Origin: an uncultured Clostridia bacterium
GTDB taxonomy: Bacteria > Bacillota > Clostridia > Lachnospirales > Anaerotignaceae
NCBI GenBank assembly: GCA_945868505.1
Contig: CAMBLO010000004.1
Coordinates: 45,063-109,062 of the forward strand
Reading direction: 5' to 3'
Length of the DNA stretch: 64,000 nucleotides
This document shows, one piece after another, positions 34,486 through 43,957 of the stretch. Numbering within the stretch: the stretch's first letter is position 1; each line of letters begins with the position of its first letter. The position numbers were made by a program, and so were the translations under genes. The notes below the pieces were generated by a model. It was not told the DNA's origin and made no database searches. It saw only the letters and a list, made by a program, of their open reading frames with translations.

Positions 34486-34570
34486 GTTTTATCTCCAATC
34501 TTTTTGTCAAAACTTAAATACATATTCATTCAACAGTCTACCATTTTTTTTGCAAAAAAGGAAGAACCCC

Positions 34571-34599
34571 TTGAAGAAAAGCGGAAAAAAAGGTATCAT
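34571..34599 (+). promoter_or_regulatory. Possible sigma-A promoter for tgt
   Basis: TTGAAG (34571-76), a 17-nt spacer, then TATCAT (34594-99) in the divergent intergenic region. Confidence 0.3.
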
Positions 34600-34636
34600 A
34601 AAACAGATTGAAACTATTGATAAAGCGAGGATGATT

Positions 34637-35770
34637 ATGTATAAAGTATTGAAAACATGCGGCAGAGCAAAACGTGCCGAATTCCATACACCCCATGGCG
34701 TGATCCAGACACCTGTATTCATGAATGTTGGTACCGCAGGTGCCATCAAGGGGGCTGTTTCCACAGAAGATCTGGAACAGCTGAAATGTCAGGTGGAGCT
34801 TTCCAACACATACCATCTGCATTTGCGTCCCGGTGATAAGCTCATCAAGGAAATGGGCGGTCTGCACAAATTCATGGTTTGGGACAAGCCTATTTTGACG
34901 GACTCCGGTGGCTTTCAGGTGTTCTCTTTGGGACTTTTGAGAAAGATCAAGGAAGAGGGCGTTTATTTTAGCTCTCATATCGACGGCAGAAAAATCTTTA
35001 TGGGTCCCGAAGAAAGTATGCAGATCCAGTCCAATTTGGGCTCTACCATCGCAATGGCCTTTGATGAATGCATCGGCCTGCCTGCGGAACGGCCTTATGT
35101 GGAAGCATCCGTAGCAAGAACCACCCGCTGGCTGGAACGCTGTAAAAAAGAAATGGCAAGGCTGAATGCTCTGGAGGATACCATCAATAAACAGCAGATG
35201 CTTTTTGCCATCAATCAGGGGGCAACCTATAAGGATATCCGTATCGAACACGCAAAAGTGATTTCCGATATGGATCTGGATGGCTATGCCATCGGCGGTC
35301 TGGCTGTAGGGGAAAGCCATGCGGAAATGTATCAGGTGCTGGAAGATGTTGTGCCTTATCTGCCTCAGGATAAGCCCACATACCTGATGGGCGTTGGTAC
35401 ACCGGAAAATATTCTGGAAGCGGTAGAACGGGGCGTAGACTTCTTCGACTGCGTATTGCCTGCAAGAAATGGCCGTCATGCCCATGTTTATACCAATAAA
35501 GGCAAATTGAACCTGCTGAATGCAAAATATGAAAAGGATGAAACCCCTATCGATGATACCTGCGGCTGTCCCGCCTGCAGAAGATATACGAAGGCATATA
35601 TCCGCCATCTGTTCAAGGCAAAGGAAATGCTGTCTATGCGTCTTTGCGTGATGCACAATCTGTATTTCTTCAACAGCATGATGGAAGAAATCAGACAGGC
35701 CATTGAAGAGGATCGTTTCCCTGAATATAAGAAGGCGAAACTGGAAGGGTTTCGGCAGAACGGCAAATAA
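34637..35770 (+). CDS. tgt: Queuine tRNA-ribosyltransferase
   Basis: The N-terminus is MYKVLKTCGRAKRAEFHTPHGVIQTPVFMNVGT, with DSGGFQV, GGLAVGE and the Zn site CGCPACRRYTKAYIRHL. The start is ATG at 34637 (or 34631), after GCGAGG. The ORF-track start at 34433 would overlap the divergent gene. Confidence 0.92.
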   Translation: MYKVLKTCGRAKRAEFHTPHGVIQTPVFMNVGTAGAIKGAVSTEDLEQLKCQVELSNTYHLHLRPGDKLIKEMGGLHKFMVWDKPILTDSGGFQVFSLGLLRKIKEEGVYFSSHIDGRKIFMGPEESMQIQSNLGSTIAMAFDECIGLPAERPYVEASVARTTRWLERCKKEMARLNALEDTINKQQMLFAINQGATYKDIRIEHAKVISDMDLDGYAIGGLAVGESHAEMYQVLEDVVPYLPQDKPTYLMGVGTPENILEAVERGVDFFDCVLPARNGRHAHVYTNKGKLNLLNAKYEKDETPIDDTCGCPACRRYTKAYIRHLFKAKEMLSMRLCVMHNLYFFNSMMEEIRQAIEEDRFPEYKKAKLEGFRQNGK

Positions 35771-35858
35771 GAGCATTGCCATACTTGACGGAAAATGAAA
35801 AATTATATATAATTATGTATTGTATGAAATCAAATCCATAAAGTTAGGAGAGAAAAAA

Positions 35859-36302
35859 ATGGTACCATTCTTACTTGACACAGTTATTACACCCGGCGGT
35901 GAACCAGTTGCAGAAACAGCCACAAAAGCATCTCAGAGTTCAGGACTTTTCGGCACATGGATGGCAGATCATCCCGTTATGCTGATTGTTATCTACTGCG
36001 TTGTTCTGCTTCTGATTATGTATTTCCTTTCCATTAGACCTACTCAGAAGAAAGAAAAGAAACTGGCTGAATTGAGAAATGCTGTTGAAATCGGCGATCC
36101 TATCGTTACAAACAGCGGTTTCTATGGCAAAGTTGTTGATATGACATACGACTGCGCCATCGTTGAATTTGGTCTGAACAGAGGTGTGCGTATCCCTGTT
36201 GCAAAAACAGAAATTTTTGGTGTAGCAGAACCTAATATGTCCAATGAAGCACCTCCTGTAGAAGAAGAACCTAAGAAAAAAGGTCTGTTCCGCAGAGGCT
36301 GA
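35859..36302 (+). CDS. yajC: Preprotein translocase subunit YajC
   Basis: It has a single TM helix followed by LSIRPTQKKEKKLAELRNAVEIGDPIVTNSGFYGKVV, the YajC signature. The ATG at 35859 follows AGGAGAG. Confidence 0.8.
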   Translation: MVPFLLDTVITPGGEPVAETATKASQSSGLFGTWMADHPVMLIVIYCVVLLLIMYFLSIRPTQKKEKKLAELRNAVEIGDPIVTNSGFYGKVVDMTYDCAIVEFGLNRGVRIPVAKTEIFGVAEPNMSNEAPPVEEEPKKKGLFRRG

Positions 36303-36314
36303 TCTTGAAAGCAT

Positions 36315-36351
36315 AAAGTCTCAATCATGAAAAGTGATTGAGACTTTTTTA
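36315..36351 (+). terminator. Rho-independent terminator after yajC
   Basis: aaagtctcaatca (36315-27) pairs perfectly with tgattgagacttt (36335-47) around a 7-nt loop. A T run extends to 36350. Confidence 0.85.
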
Positions 36352-36424
36352 TCTTGCGGCGGAAGCAGAAAAACCTTATCAGGAAGCGTATTTATTTATC
36401 GTATCAGAGAAAAACGGGAAGCAT

Positions 36425-36453
36425 TTGAAGAATATCTCCTGTTGTGCTATACT
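36425..36453 (+). promoter_or_regulatory. Candidate sigma-A promoter with an extended -10
   Basis: TTGAAG (36425-30), a 17-nt spacer ending in TGC, then TATACT (36448-53). This leaves a ~135-nt leader before the next gene. Confidence 0.4.
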
Positions 36454-36593
36454 TTATCGTAAGAGATTTGGGTGAAAGAGAAATTTTTTTCTCATTATCC
36501 CGTTGATTTCTCGGGAGATTAACAGAAAGAAAGTCTGGAAACTACATATTAAAAGAATTGGCAGTAAAAAGATGGATGAAAGGGGATTTTGAG

Positions 36594-37184
36594 ATGAAAA
36601 AAGTATTATTTGTAGATTGCTGTATCCGCAGAGAAGGCTCTCGTTCCAAGGAACTGGCAGATCATTTTATTGGTGAGCTGGAAAAAACGGGAGAATATGA
36701 GATCGAAACAATTTGCCTGATGGATGAAAATCTGTCCTATTTCTCCGATGGGTTCTTCCTGCAGAGAGAACGACTGCTGGAAGCTTGTGAAATGGATCAT
36801 CCCCGTTTCCGTTATGCCCATCAGTTTGCGGCAGCAGATAAGATTGTTATTGCGGCACCTTTCTGGGATCTGAGCTTTCCTGCTCTGCTGAAGGTATATA
36901 TTGAAAATCTTTGCGTGGACGGCATTACCTTCCATACCGGTGCAGAAGGTCTGGTTGGTCTGTGTAAGGCGGATCACATGGTTTATCTGACAACCAGAGG
37001 TGGCATTTATACTGATTCCGATATGGAAATGGGTTCTGCTTATCTGAAACAGATGTCTATTTTCTTCGGTATCGATCAATATGACTGCGTGGCGGCGGAA
37101 GGTCTGGATATCGGTGTATGGCCTGTAGAAGAATTGCTGGATCAGGCAAAGGCAAAAGCGACAGAAATTGCGAAAACATTCTGA
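36594..37184 (+). CDS. Flavodoxin-like fold NAD(P)H-dependent oxidoreductase (azoreductase / Flavodoxin_2 family)
   Basis: MKKVLFVDCCIRREGSRSKELADHF...ADKIVIAAPFWDLSFPALLKVYIENL is typical of the FMN-dependent NADH-azoreductase/ACP-phosphodiesterase-like family. The ATG at 36594 follows AAGGGGA. Confidence 0.65.
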   Translation: MKKVLFVDCCIRREGSRSKELADHFIGELEKTGEYEIETICLMDENLSYFSDGFFLQRERLLEACEMDHPRFRYAHQFAAADKIVIAAPFWDLSFPALLKVYIENLCVDGITFHTGAEGLVGLCKADHMVYLTTRGGIYTDSDMEMGSAYLKQMSIFFGIDQYDCVAAEGLDIGVWPVEELLDQAKAKATEIAKTF

Positions 37185-37217
37185 AAAAGAAGGCAGAGAT
37201 ACTGACCATAGATTCGA

Positions 37218-37248
37218 AGCGGTATGGCGAAAGTTGTACCGCTTTTTG
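37218..37248 (+). terminator. Hairpin with a T run after the oxidoreductase gene
   Basis: agcggta (37218-24) pairs with taccgct (37237-43), followed by ttttgtt. The sbcD SD follows immediately. Confidence 0.5.
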
Positions 37249-37262
37249 TTAGGAGGATGCCC

Positions 37263-38396
37263 ATGAAATTTTTCCATATCAGCGACTTGCATCTGGGCAA
37301 GCGGGTATATGAATTTTCCATGCTGGAGGAGCAGAAAGAACTGCTCCGCACCATATTGCAAAAAATCGAGGAAGAAAAACCCGATGCCCTTTTCATTACA
37401 GGGGATGTGTATGATAAGCCCGTACCTCCCATAGAAGCGGTGCGACTGTTGGATGATTTTCTGACGGAGCTTTCCGCACAAAATCTGCATACTTACCTGA
37501 TCGCAGGCAATCACGATTCCGCCCAGAGACTGGAATTTGGGAAGGAAATTTTCGGTAAAAACAATATCCATATCGGGGGCAATATCAGCGCAAAAATGGA
37601 GCATTTCACAGAAATAGATGCCTTTGGTCCTGTGGATATCTGGCTTCTTCCCTTCTTCAAGCCTGCCCATGTCAACGGGGTGCTTGTGGATCAAACGTTT
37701 TCTTCCTACGGGGAAGCAGCAAAAGCATTACTGGACTGTGCAGAAATCAATTTTTCCAAGAGAAATGTCATTCTGGCTCATCAATTTGTGACCTGGAAGG
37801 GCACAGCGGAGCGTAGTGATTCGGAGACCATGTCTTTGGGCGGCGTGGATGAGATTGATGCCAGCCTGTTTTTCCCCTTCGATTATACAGCTTTGGGGCA
37901 TCTCCACAGCCCTCAGCGAATAGGAAAAGATACGGTGCGCTATGCAGGCTCGCCCATGCCCTATTCCTTCTCGGAAATCCGCCAGAAAAAGGGCATTACT
38001 GTGGTGGAATTGAAAGAAAAAGGAGATGTCAGTTTTGATTTTATCCCCTTGGAAACAAAACGGAAATTTCGAGAAATTAAAGGGCCTTTGCAGGAGTTGC
38101 TGAAAGCGGCTAAAGAGGGGGGCGGCTCTGAGGATTATATCCGCTGCATCCTGACGGATCAGGAGGCTTTACTCGACCCTATCGGGCAGCTACGAAGCGT
38201 TTACCCCAATTTGATGACCCTGGAATTTGCACAAAAAGAATCGTCATACGAACAGGAGATCACTGTAGACACGGAAGATATGAAACCGGATGCATTATTC
38301 TCTCTGTTTTTTGAAAAACAAAATGACAGGAAACTCAACGAAACACAGGAGAAACTGCTGGAAGAAATCTGGAAGGGATTGGAGGAAGAAGCATGA
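37263..38396 (+). CDS. sbcD: Exonuclease SbcCD, nuclease subunit D (Mre11 family)
   Basis: The calcineurin-like phosphoesterase motifs are MKFFHISDLHLG, ITGDVYD, GNHDS and GHLH. There is a 4-nt overlap with sbcC. Confidence 0.9.
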   Translation: MKFFHISDLHLGKRVYEFSMLEEQKELLRTILQKIEEEKPDALFITGDVYDKPVPPIEAVRLLDDFLTELSAQNLHTYLIAGNHDSAQRLEFGKEIFGKNNIHIGGNISAKMEHFTEIDAFGPVDIWLLPFFKPAHVNGVLVDQTFSSYGEAAKALLDCAEINFSKRNVILAHQFVTWKGTAERSDSETMSLGGVDEIDASLFFPFDYTALGHLHSPQRIGKDTVRYAGSPMPYSFSEIRQKKGITVVELKEKGDVSFDFIPLETKRKFREIKGPLQELLKAAKEGGGSEDYIRCILTDQEALLDPIGQLRSVYPNLMTLEFAQKESSYEQEITVDTEDMKPDALFSLFFEKQNDRKLNETQEKLLEEIWKGLEEEA

Positions 38397-41300
38397 AACC
38401 ATTATATCTAATCATTTCTGCCTTTGGCCCCTTTGCGGAAAAAACGGAAATCTCCTTTGAAAAGCTGGGAGAACAGGGCTTATTCCTCATCAGCGGGGAT
38501 ACCGGTGCCGGAAAAACAACTTTGTTCGATGGGATATGTTTTGCCCTCTTTGGAGAAGTCAGTGGTTCTAATCGTGGAATCGATAGTATACGAAGCGATT
38601 TTGCTCTGCCCGGTACGAAAACCTATGTAGAATTTGTGTTTTCCCATAGGGGAAGGAGATATCGGGTGGTACGAAATCCCGCTTATCAGAGACCGAAGCT
38701 GCGGGGCGAAGGCATGACGACGGAAACGGCGGAAGCATCCCTTTATCGGGAGGAAAACAGTGAGAAAGAGACGATCGTGACAGGCTTCACCCCTGTGAAA
38801 AACGAGATTGAAAAGCTGCTGGGTGTGGATGCCAAGCAGTTCAAGCAGATTTGTATGATTGCCCAAGGGGAATTTCTGAAGCTGCTCTATGCTGACAGCG
38901 GAGAGAGAGGCGGCATTTTCCGTAAGGTCTTTCATACCGACCTGTATGCAAATTTCCAAAAGCAGCTAAAGGAAGTGGAAAAGGAAAAGCGTATCGACTT
39001 GGAGGACAGTGAAAAACGTCTTCTGCAATACTTGAAGGAAATGACAGGGGAAGAACTGGAAAAGAGCGACCTTTTTCGCGGGGAAGAACTTCTTTCCCAG
39101 CAGGAAGAAATTCTGAAAACCATGGAAGAAACCCTGGGGAAAGCTGATGGCGAATTGGCAGACATGGAAAAAGAACTGCATCGATTGGAGCGGGAAATTG
39201 CCGAAGGAAAAGAAACGGAGCAGCTTTTTACAAGAGAAGCCGCTGCGCGGGAAAGATGGCAGAAACAAGATGCTCTAGTAGAAGAAAAACAGGCAGAAAC
39301 GGCATATCTCAGAAAACAGCGTCTCGCGCTGGATGTGGTCTATCCCTTGGGACAGGCTTGGGAGGCGGCAAAGACGACCCACAAAAACTGGCAAAAGGCA
39401 TTTGCCGAAAATATGGAAAAACAGAAGCAGGCAGAAGAAAAGCTAGAAGAGCTTTCTATGGAAAAGCTGGTACTGGATGCAAAAAAGCCTCAGTTGGAAG
39501 AAAAACGGAATCTGCTTCGCAAGCTGACAGAAGAACAGGAACGCTATCAGCAGAAGGAATCCTTGGAACAGGAACTGCAAAGGCTTTCTGAAAAGAAAAC
39601 GATCTCGGAAAAAGAACTTTTACAGAAAAAAGAACGGCTGACCCAACAAAAAGAACAGTTGGAGGAATGGCAGAAGTCTCTTTTGGAACTGGATAAATTG
39701 ACTGCTGAAATCAAATTGCAGGAGCAAAAGGCGGCAGAAAAAGAGGAACGCATTGCAACGATTCAAACTCTTTTGGAGCAAGAAGAGGATATCAGTAAAA
39801 AAGAGGCAGACCTGCGAAAGCTGGCCCAGAAATACCGTGCGGCAGAAACAAAATGGAAGCAGGCGAAGGAGGATGCCGACCTAGCGGAAACCCTTTTTCT
39901 GCGGGAACAGGCAGGTTTTTTGGCGGAAGGGCTGGAAGAAGGCATGGCTTGTCCCGTTTGCGGTTCCATCCATCACCCTGACAAAGCAAAGCTGACAGGC
40001 AATGCCCCCACAGAAGCAGAATGGAAGGCGAAAAAAGCTTCTTTGGAAACTGCCAGCCAAAAACGGCAGGAGCTTTCCGAACAGGGCAAAGGGGAACGAG
40101 AAAAACTGAATTTGATGAAGGAAACTTTTCTTGCAGGATGTGAAAAGACTGGCGTTGCCGCAGAAGATTTGGCGGCGGAAAAAGAAACGACCGAAGCCGC
40201 ACTGCGACAGGCGAAAGAAATGCTATTTAGCCAACGTAAAGAGGTCGCTTCGATAGAAGCCCTTCGCCCCAAAAAAGAAAAGCTGGAGGCAGACATTGTC
40301 AAGGCAGAAAAATCTGTTATGGAGCTGGAAGAAAATGCAACGGAGCTGACAACGGTTTTCCGCAAGAAACAGGGGCAATTTGGCATTTTGCAGGAACAGT
40401 TGGGAGATACCACAGCAGCCCAATTGCAGGAAAGATGCGCTGCTTTGCAGGGGGAACTTTCTCAGGCAGAAGAAATAGAATCCAGACTAAATGAAGCTTT
40501 GCAATCCCAAAGGGAAGAAAAAGAGCGAGCAGTCGCACTGAAGGAACAGGCGGAAAGAGAAGCGGCAGAAGCAGAGAAAACAGCAGAAGTGGCAGAGAAA
40601 AATTTCCTGCTTTCACTGGATGAAAATGGTTTTGAAAGCCAAAACGAATATGCTTTGACCTTGACGGAACGTTCTGTTTTGGAACAGGCAGAGGAAGAAA
40701 ACCGGAAATTTTTCATGGATTTGGCTTTGCTGAAACAGACGGCAGAAAGCCTGCGTCAGGAATGTGAAACGAAAGAAAAAAAGGATATCACGGCTTTGGA
40801 AGAAGAAAAAACAAAGCTTTCCCAAGAAAAAGAAGGCTGCAAGCTGGAGGCAGATGAAGCCCGCGCAAATGCGGCAGTTCTGAGCAATCAGCTGCAAAAT
40901 GCCAAAAAGGAACTGGCGCAGAGAGAAAAGGCAGCGAAGGAATTCCTGCCCATTTCGGAACTTTCCAAAACAGCCAACGGCGAACTGGCGGGGAAGGATA
41001 AAATCGCCTTCGAGCAGTTCGTACAGGGATTTTATTTTCAAAAAATCCTGCGGGCGGCAAACCTGCGCTTAAAAGATATGACGGAAGGACGGTATCTGCT
41101 GCTCCATTCGCAAAAAGCGGCAAATAAACGTTCTTCGGCGGGGCTGGAAGTGGAAGTTTTAGATCATTACACGGGAAAAAGCCGTTCCGTGCGTTCTCTT
41201 TCCGGTGGGGAAGCATTCAAGGCATCCCTTTGTCTTGCTTTAGGACTTTCCGATGTGATACAGGCCCATGCCGGCGGTGTCCGCATCGATGCTATGTTTA

Positions 41301-41488
41301 TTGATGAGGGCTTTGGCTCTCTGGACGATCATTCCAGAGAACAGGCGGTGGAAGTGCTGCAAAAGCTTTCCTATGGGGACAGGCTGGTGGGCATCATTTC
41401 CCATGTATCTGAGTTAAAAGAGACCATCGAAAAGAAAATTATCGTTAAAAAAAGCAGTGCTGGCAGCACTGTGGAGATAAAAGCATAA
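38393..41488 (+). CDS. sbcC: Exonuclease SbcCD, ATPase subunit C (Rad50/SMC-like)
   Basis: It has the Walker A GDTGAGKTT, a very long coiled coil with the central zinc hook CPVCGS, the signature LSGGE and the Walker B MFIDEGFGSLD. Confidence 0.92.
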   Translation: MKPLYLIISAFGPFAEKTEISFEKLGEQGLFLISGDTGAGKTTLFDGICFALFGEVSGSNRGIDSIRSDFALPGTKTYVEFVFSHRGRRYRVVRNPAYQRPKLRGEGMTTETAEASLYREENSEKETIVTGFTPVKNEIEKLLGVDAKQFKQICMIAQGEFLKLLYADSGERGGIFRKVFHTDLYANFQKQLKEVEKEKRIDLEDSEKRLLQYLKEMTGEELEKSDLFRGEELLSQQEEILKTMEETLGKADGELADMEKELHRLEREIAEGKETEQLFTREAAARERWQKQDALVEEKQAETAYLRKQRLALDVVYPLGQAWEAAKTTHKNWQKAFAENMEKQKQAEEKLEELSMEKLVLDAKKPQLEEKRNLLRKLTEEQERYQQKESLEQELQRLSEKKTISEKELLQKKERLTQQKEQLEEWQKSLLELDKLTAEIKLQEQKAAEKEERIATIQTLLEQEEDISKKEADLRKLAQKYRAAETKWKQAKEDADLAETLFLREQAGFLAEGLEEGMACPVCGSIHHPDKAKLTGNAPTEAEWKAKKASLETASQKRQELSEQGKGEREKLNLMKETFLAGCEKTGVAAEDLAAEKETTEAALRQAKEMLFSQRKEVASIEALRPKKEKLEADIVKAEKSVMELEENATELTTVFRKKQGQFGILQEQLGDTTAAQLQERCAALQGELSQAEEIESRLNEALQSQREEKERAVALKEQAEREAAEAEKTAEVAEKNFLLSLDENGFESQNEYALTLTERSVLEQAEEENRKFFMDLALLKQTAESLRQECETKEKKDITALEEEKTKLSQEKEGCKLEADEARANAAVLSNQLQNAKKELAQREKAAKEFLPISELSKTANGELAGKDKIAFEQFVQGFYFQKILRAANLRLKDMTEGRYLLLHSQKAANKRSSAGLEVEVLDHYTGKSRSVRSLSGGEAFKASLCLALGLSDVIQAHAGGVRIDAMFIDEGFGSLDDHSREQAVEVLQKLSYGDRLVGIISHVSELKETIEKKIIVKKSSAGSTVEIKA

Positions 41489-41497
41489 GATGAAGCG

Positions 41498-41529
41498 AAA
41501 GCTCTGCAGGATTCTTGCAGAGCTTTTTC
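41498..41529. terminator. Terminator hairpin between the convergent sbcC (+) and DUF1275 (-) genes
   Basis: aaagctctgca (41498-508) pairs perfectly with tgcagagcttt (41516-26) around a 7-nt loop. A T run follows on the + strand. Confidence 0.75.
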
Positions 41530-41531
41530 TA

Positions 41532-42203
41532 TCAAGTTTCATTTCGAATAAAGAGCAATCCACAGACCAAAAGCAAAAGGATATTGCAATAGACTGCTGC
41601 AAAATTGCCGCAATGCTTTGTCACCAAAGCACCAATGCCGGCACCAAGGATGAAAAACAGGATCACGCCATAATACTTTATACTTTTGTGTCGCAGTTCC
41701 TTATCTTTGCTTTGGGTATAGCGGAAAAATAGCTCAGTTCCGCTGCGGAGATTGCCGGTACACATGGTGGTGGCATAGGGCATTCCATGGACCTTGCGGA
41801 AACTCTGCACCTGCATGGAGCAGACGAAGGAAACAAGGGTATTGGCGATCAAATCATTGGTACCACCCAAGGGCAGCCATGCAACGACGAACAGCATCAA
41901 AACTTCAAAAAGAAGGACGATCTGCCGCCAGTGTATTTTGGGCATGGGCTGAACAATTTTTTTGATCCATTCATCTATGAAGATTCCCAGCACAAAAGCT
42001 GCAATGGGAATAAAATAGGAAAGGGCATGGAGCCATTCTCCCTCCGCCAGATGCAGTCCGAACAGGACGATATTGCCTGTCTGTGCATTGGCGAAAACGC
42101 CACCCCTTGCCACGTATGTATAGGCATCCAAAAAGCCGCCAACGATAGCCAGTAAGGCGGCGATGAGGAATGAATCGGACATTTGCCGCTTAGAATATAT
42201 CAT
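41532..42203 (-). CDS. YoaK/DUF1275-family membrane protein
   Basis: LLAIVGGFLDAYTYVARGGVFANAQTGNIVLFG is the DUF1275 signature. About 6 TM helices are present. Confidence 0.75.
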   Translation of the reverse strand: MIYSKRQMSDSFLIAALLAIVGGFLDAYTYVARGGVFANAQTGNIVLFGLHLAEGEWLHALSYFIPIAAFVLGIFIDEWIKKIVQPMPKIHWRQIVLLFEVLMLFVVAWLPLGGTNDLIANTLVSFVCSMQVQSFRKVHGMPYATTMCTGNLRSGTELFFRYTQSKDKELRHKSIKYYGVILFFILGAGIGALVTKHCGNFAAVYCNILLLLVCGLLFIRNET

Positions 42204-42221
42204 CAGAAGGGCCTCTTTTCT

Positions 42222-43757
42222 TTATAACAAATATTTTCTGTCCAAAGAACGATACTGCAGCACCTCCAGAAGATGCTTCAAGGAAATCTGTTCTTCTCCT
42301 GCCAGATCTGCTGCGGTGCGAGCCAGCTTCAGGATTTTGTGGTAGGCTCTGGCACTCAGTTCCATCCGTTCAAAGGCGGTGCGGAGAATTTCTTTATCTT
42401 TGGGCTGCAGGGGACAGTATTTTTCTACCTGGGCTGCATTCATCTGGGCATTGAAGAAAATGCCATCGTTTTTGAAGCGTTCCAGTTGAATTTCATGGGC
42501 ACGAACCACTCTTTCCTTGATAGAGGCAGAGGATTCTGCAGGGGTGGTGTTCTCCAAATCTTCATAAGCCACAGGGGGCATTTCCACCATCAGATCGATA
42601 CGATCCAGCAGAGGACCACTGATCTTTCGATGGTATTTCATAATTTCGTTGGCAGAGCAATGGCACTTCTCGCTGTTGCCCAAATACCCGCAGGGACAGG
42701 GGTTCATAGCTGCCGCCAGCATAAAATCCGAAGGAAAGGTCAGCGTACCGTTGACACGGGCAATGGTCACTTTCCCATCCTCTAGAGGCTGACGCATGAC
42801 TTCCAGAGCATTTCTCTGAAATTCAGGCAGTTCATCCAGAAACAAAACACCGTGGTGCGCCAGAGAAATCTCTCCGGGTCTGGGGATGCGTCCGCCGCCG
42901 GTCAGGGCAGAGGCAGAAATGGTATGGTGGGGAGAACGGAAGGGCCTTGTTTTCACAAGGGCGTTTTTCTCTTTCAGCAAGCCTGCCACACTGTAAATTT
43001 TTGTAATTTCAATGCTTTCTTCAAAGCTCAGGTCAGGCAGGATGGTAGGCAGCCGTTTTGCCAGCATAGTCTTGCCGGAACCGGGAGGGCCAATGAGCAG
43101 GATATTATGACCGCCTGCCGCGGCGATCTCCATGGCGCGTTTGGCGTTTTCCTGTCCTTTCACATGGGAAAAGTCCAGCTTTTCCAGTTCCTCTTCTTTT
43201 TGAGAAAGAAGGGAATTTCCTGCTTTTTCGAAGGGGGCAATCTGTTTTCCGCCGGAAAGATGGTTCACCACTTCCTGTATGGTCTGAACGGGATAAACGG
43301 TCATCCCTTCTACCAGAGCCGCTTCTGCAGCATTTTCCGCAGGAACGAAGCATTTCAGGACCCCTCTGCGGAAGGCGTCATACATCATGGGCAGAACACC
43401 ATTGACGGGGCGGACAGAACCATCCAGAGAAAGCTCCCCGGTGATAATGGCATCCTCCACATGCGTGGCGGAAAAAAGATTGCAGGCAGACAAAATTCCC
43501 AAAGCAATGGGCAAATCAAAGGAGGCCCCTTCCTTTTTCGTATCAGCTGGGGCAAGATTTACTGTGATTCTTTTTACAGGAAAAGAATAATTGGAATTGC
43601 GGATAGCAGTCCGCACCCTCTCTCTGGATTCCTTCACAGCAGAATCCGGCAGACCAACGATATCGAAAGCAGGCAGACCATTGCTCAGGTCTACTTCAAC
43701 GTCTACCGGATAGCTGTCGATGCCCATGAGGGCAGCAGATTTTATGATGGAAAGCAT
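42222..43757 (-). CDS. comM: Mg-chelatase-like AAA+ ATPase YifB/ComM
   Basis: It has the N-terminal ChlI/Lon-like domain (MLSIIKSAALMGIDSYPVDVEVD...), the Walker A GPPGSGKTM, the Walker B VLFLDELPEF and the C-terminal Mg_chelatase_C region. Confidence 0.9.
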   Translation of the reverse strand: MLSIIKSAALMGIDSYPVDVEVDLSNGLPAFDIVGLPDSAVKESRERVRTAIRNSNYSFPVKRITVNLAPADTKKEGASFDLPIALGILSACNLFSATHVEDAIITGELSLDGSVRPVNGVLPMMYDAFRRGVLKCFVPAENAAEAALVEGMTVYPVQTIQEVVNHLSGGKQIAPFEKAGNSLLSQKEEELEKLDFSHVKGQENAKRAMEIAAAGGHNILLIGPPGSGKTMLAKRLPTILPDLSFEESIEITKIYSVAGLLKEKNALVKTRPFRSPHHTISASALTGGGRIPRPGEISLAHHGVLFLDELPEFQRNALEVMRQPLEDGKVTIARVNGTLTFPSDFMLAAAMNPCPCGYLGNSEKCHCSANEIMKYHRKISGPLLDRIDLMVEMPPVAYEDLENTTPAESSASIKERVVRAHEIQLERFKNDGIFFNAQMNAAQVEKYCPLQPKDKEILRTAFERMELSARAYHKILKLARTAADLAGEEQISLKHLLEVLQYRSLDRKYLL

Positions 43758-43891
43758 TTTTTCAGCCTCATTTCTCTAGAATTTTGCTTTTATCATATCA
43801 ACTTTTACAAAAAAGTGCAATCAGATGTCGGAATTCCTACTATATAATAAGATATTTTTGCTGAAATTTTCGGGTTCAAAAAAATTTGGTA

Positions 43892-43920
43892 TTGAATTTT
43901 AATACGAAAGGATTTATAGT
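43892..43920 (+). promoter_or_regulatory. Candidate sigma-A promoter for dprA-topA
   Basis: TTGAAT (43892-97), a 17-nt spacer, then TATAGT (43915-20). Confidence 0.4.
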
Positions 43921-43957
43921 AAAGGACGTAACTCAGAAAAGGGGAAGGAGTGTTCGC

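Noticed and set aside
33313-34611. A 432-aa + strand ORF.
   Set aside because: The opposite strand encodes a THUMP methyltransferase with SAM motif I and NPPYGER. The + strand product has no motifs, and it would run through the convergent terminator and the divergent promoter region.
36454-36593. The ~135-nt leader before the flavodoxin-like oxidoreductase as a possible FMN or preQ1 riboswitch (it lies next to tgt).
   Set aside because: It contains only short hairpins, and none of the conserved RFN or preQ1 sequence blocks are visible.
37263-41488. The nuclease plus long coiled-coil ATPase pair as a possible phage-defence module (Lamassu/Gabija/Wadjet-like).
   Set aside because: Mre11-type phosphoesterase motifs are present. 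The CPVCGS zinc hook sits in the middle of the coiled coil. The 4-nt coupling and the gene sizes match housekeeping SbcCD.
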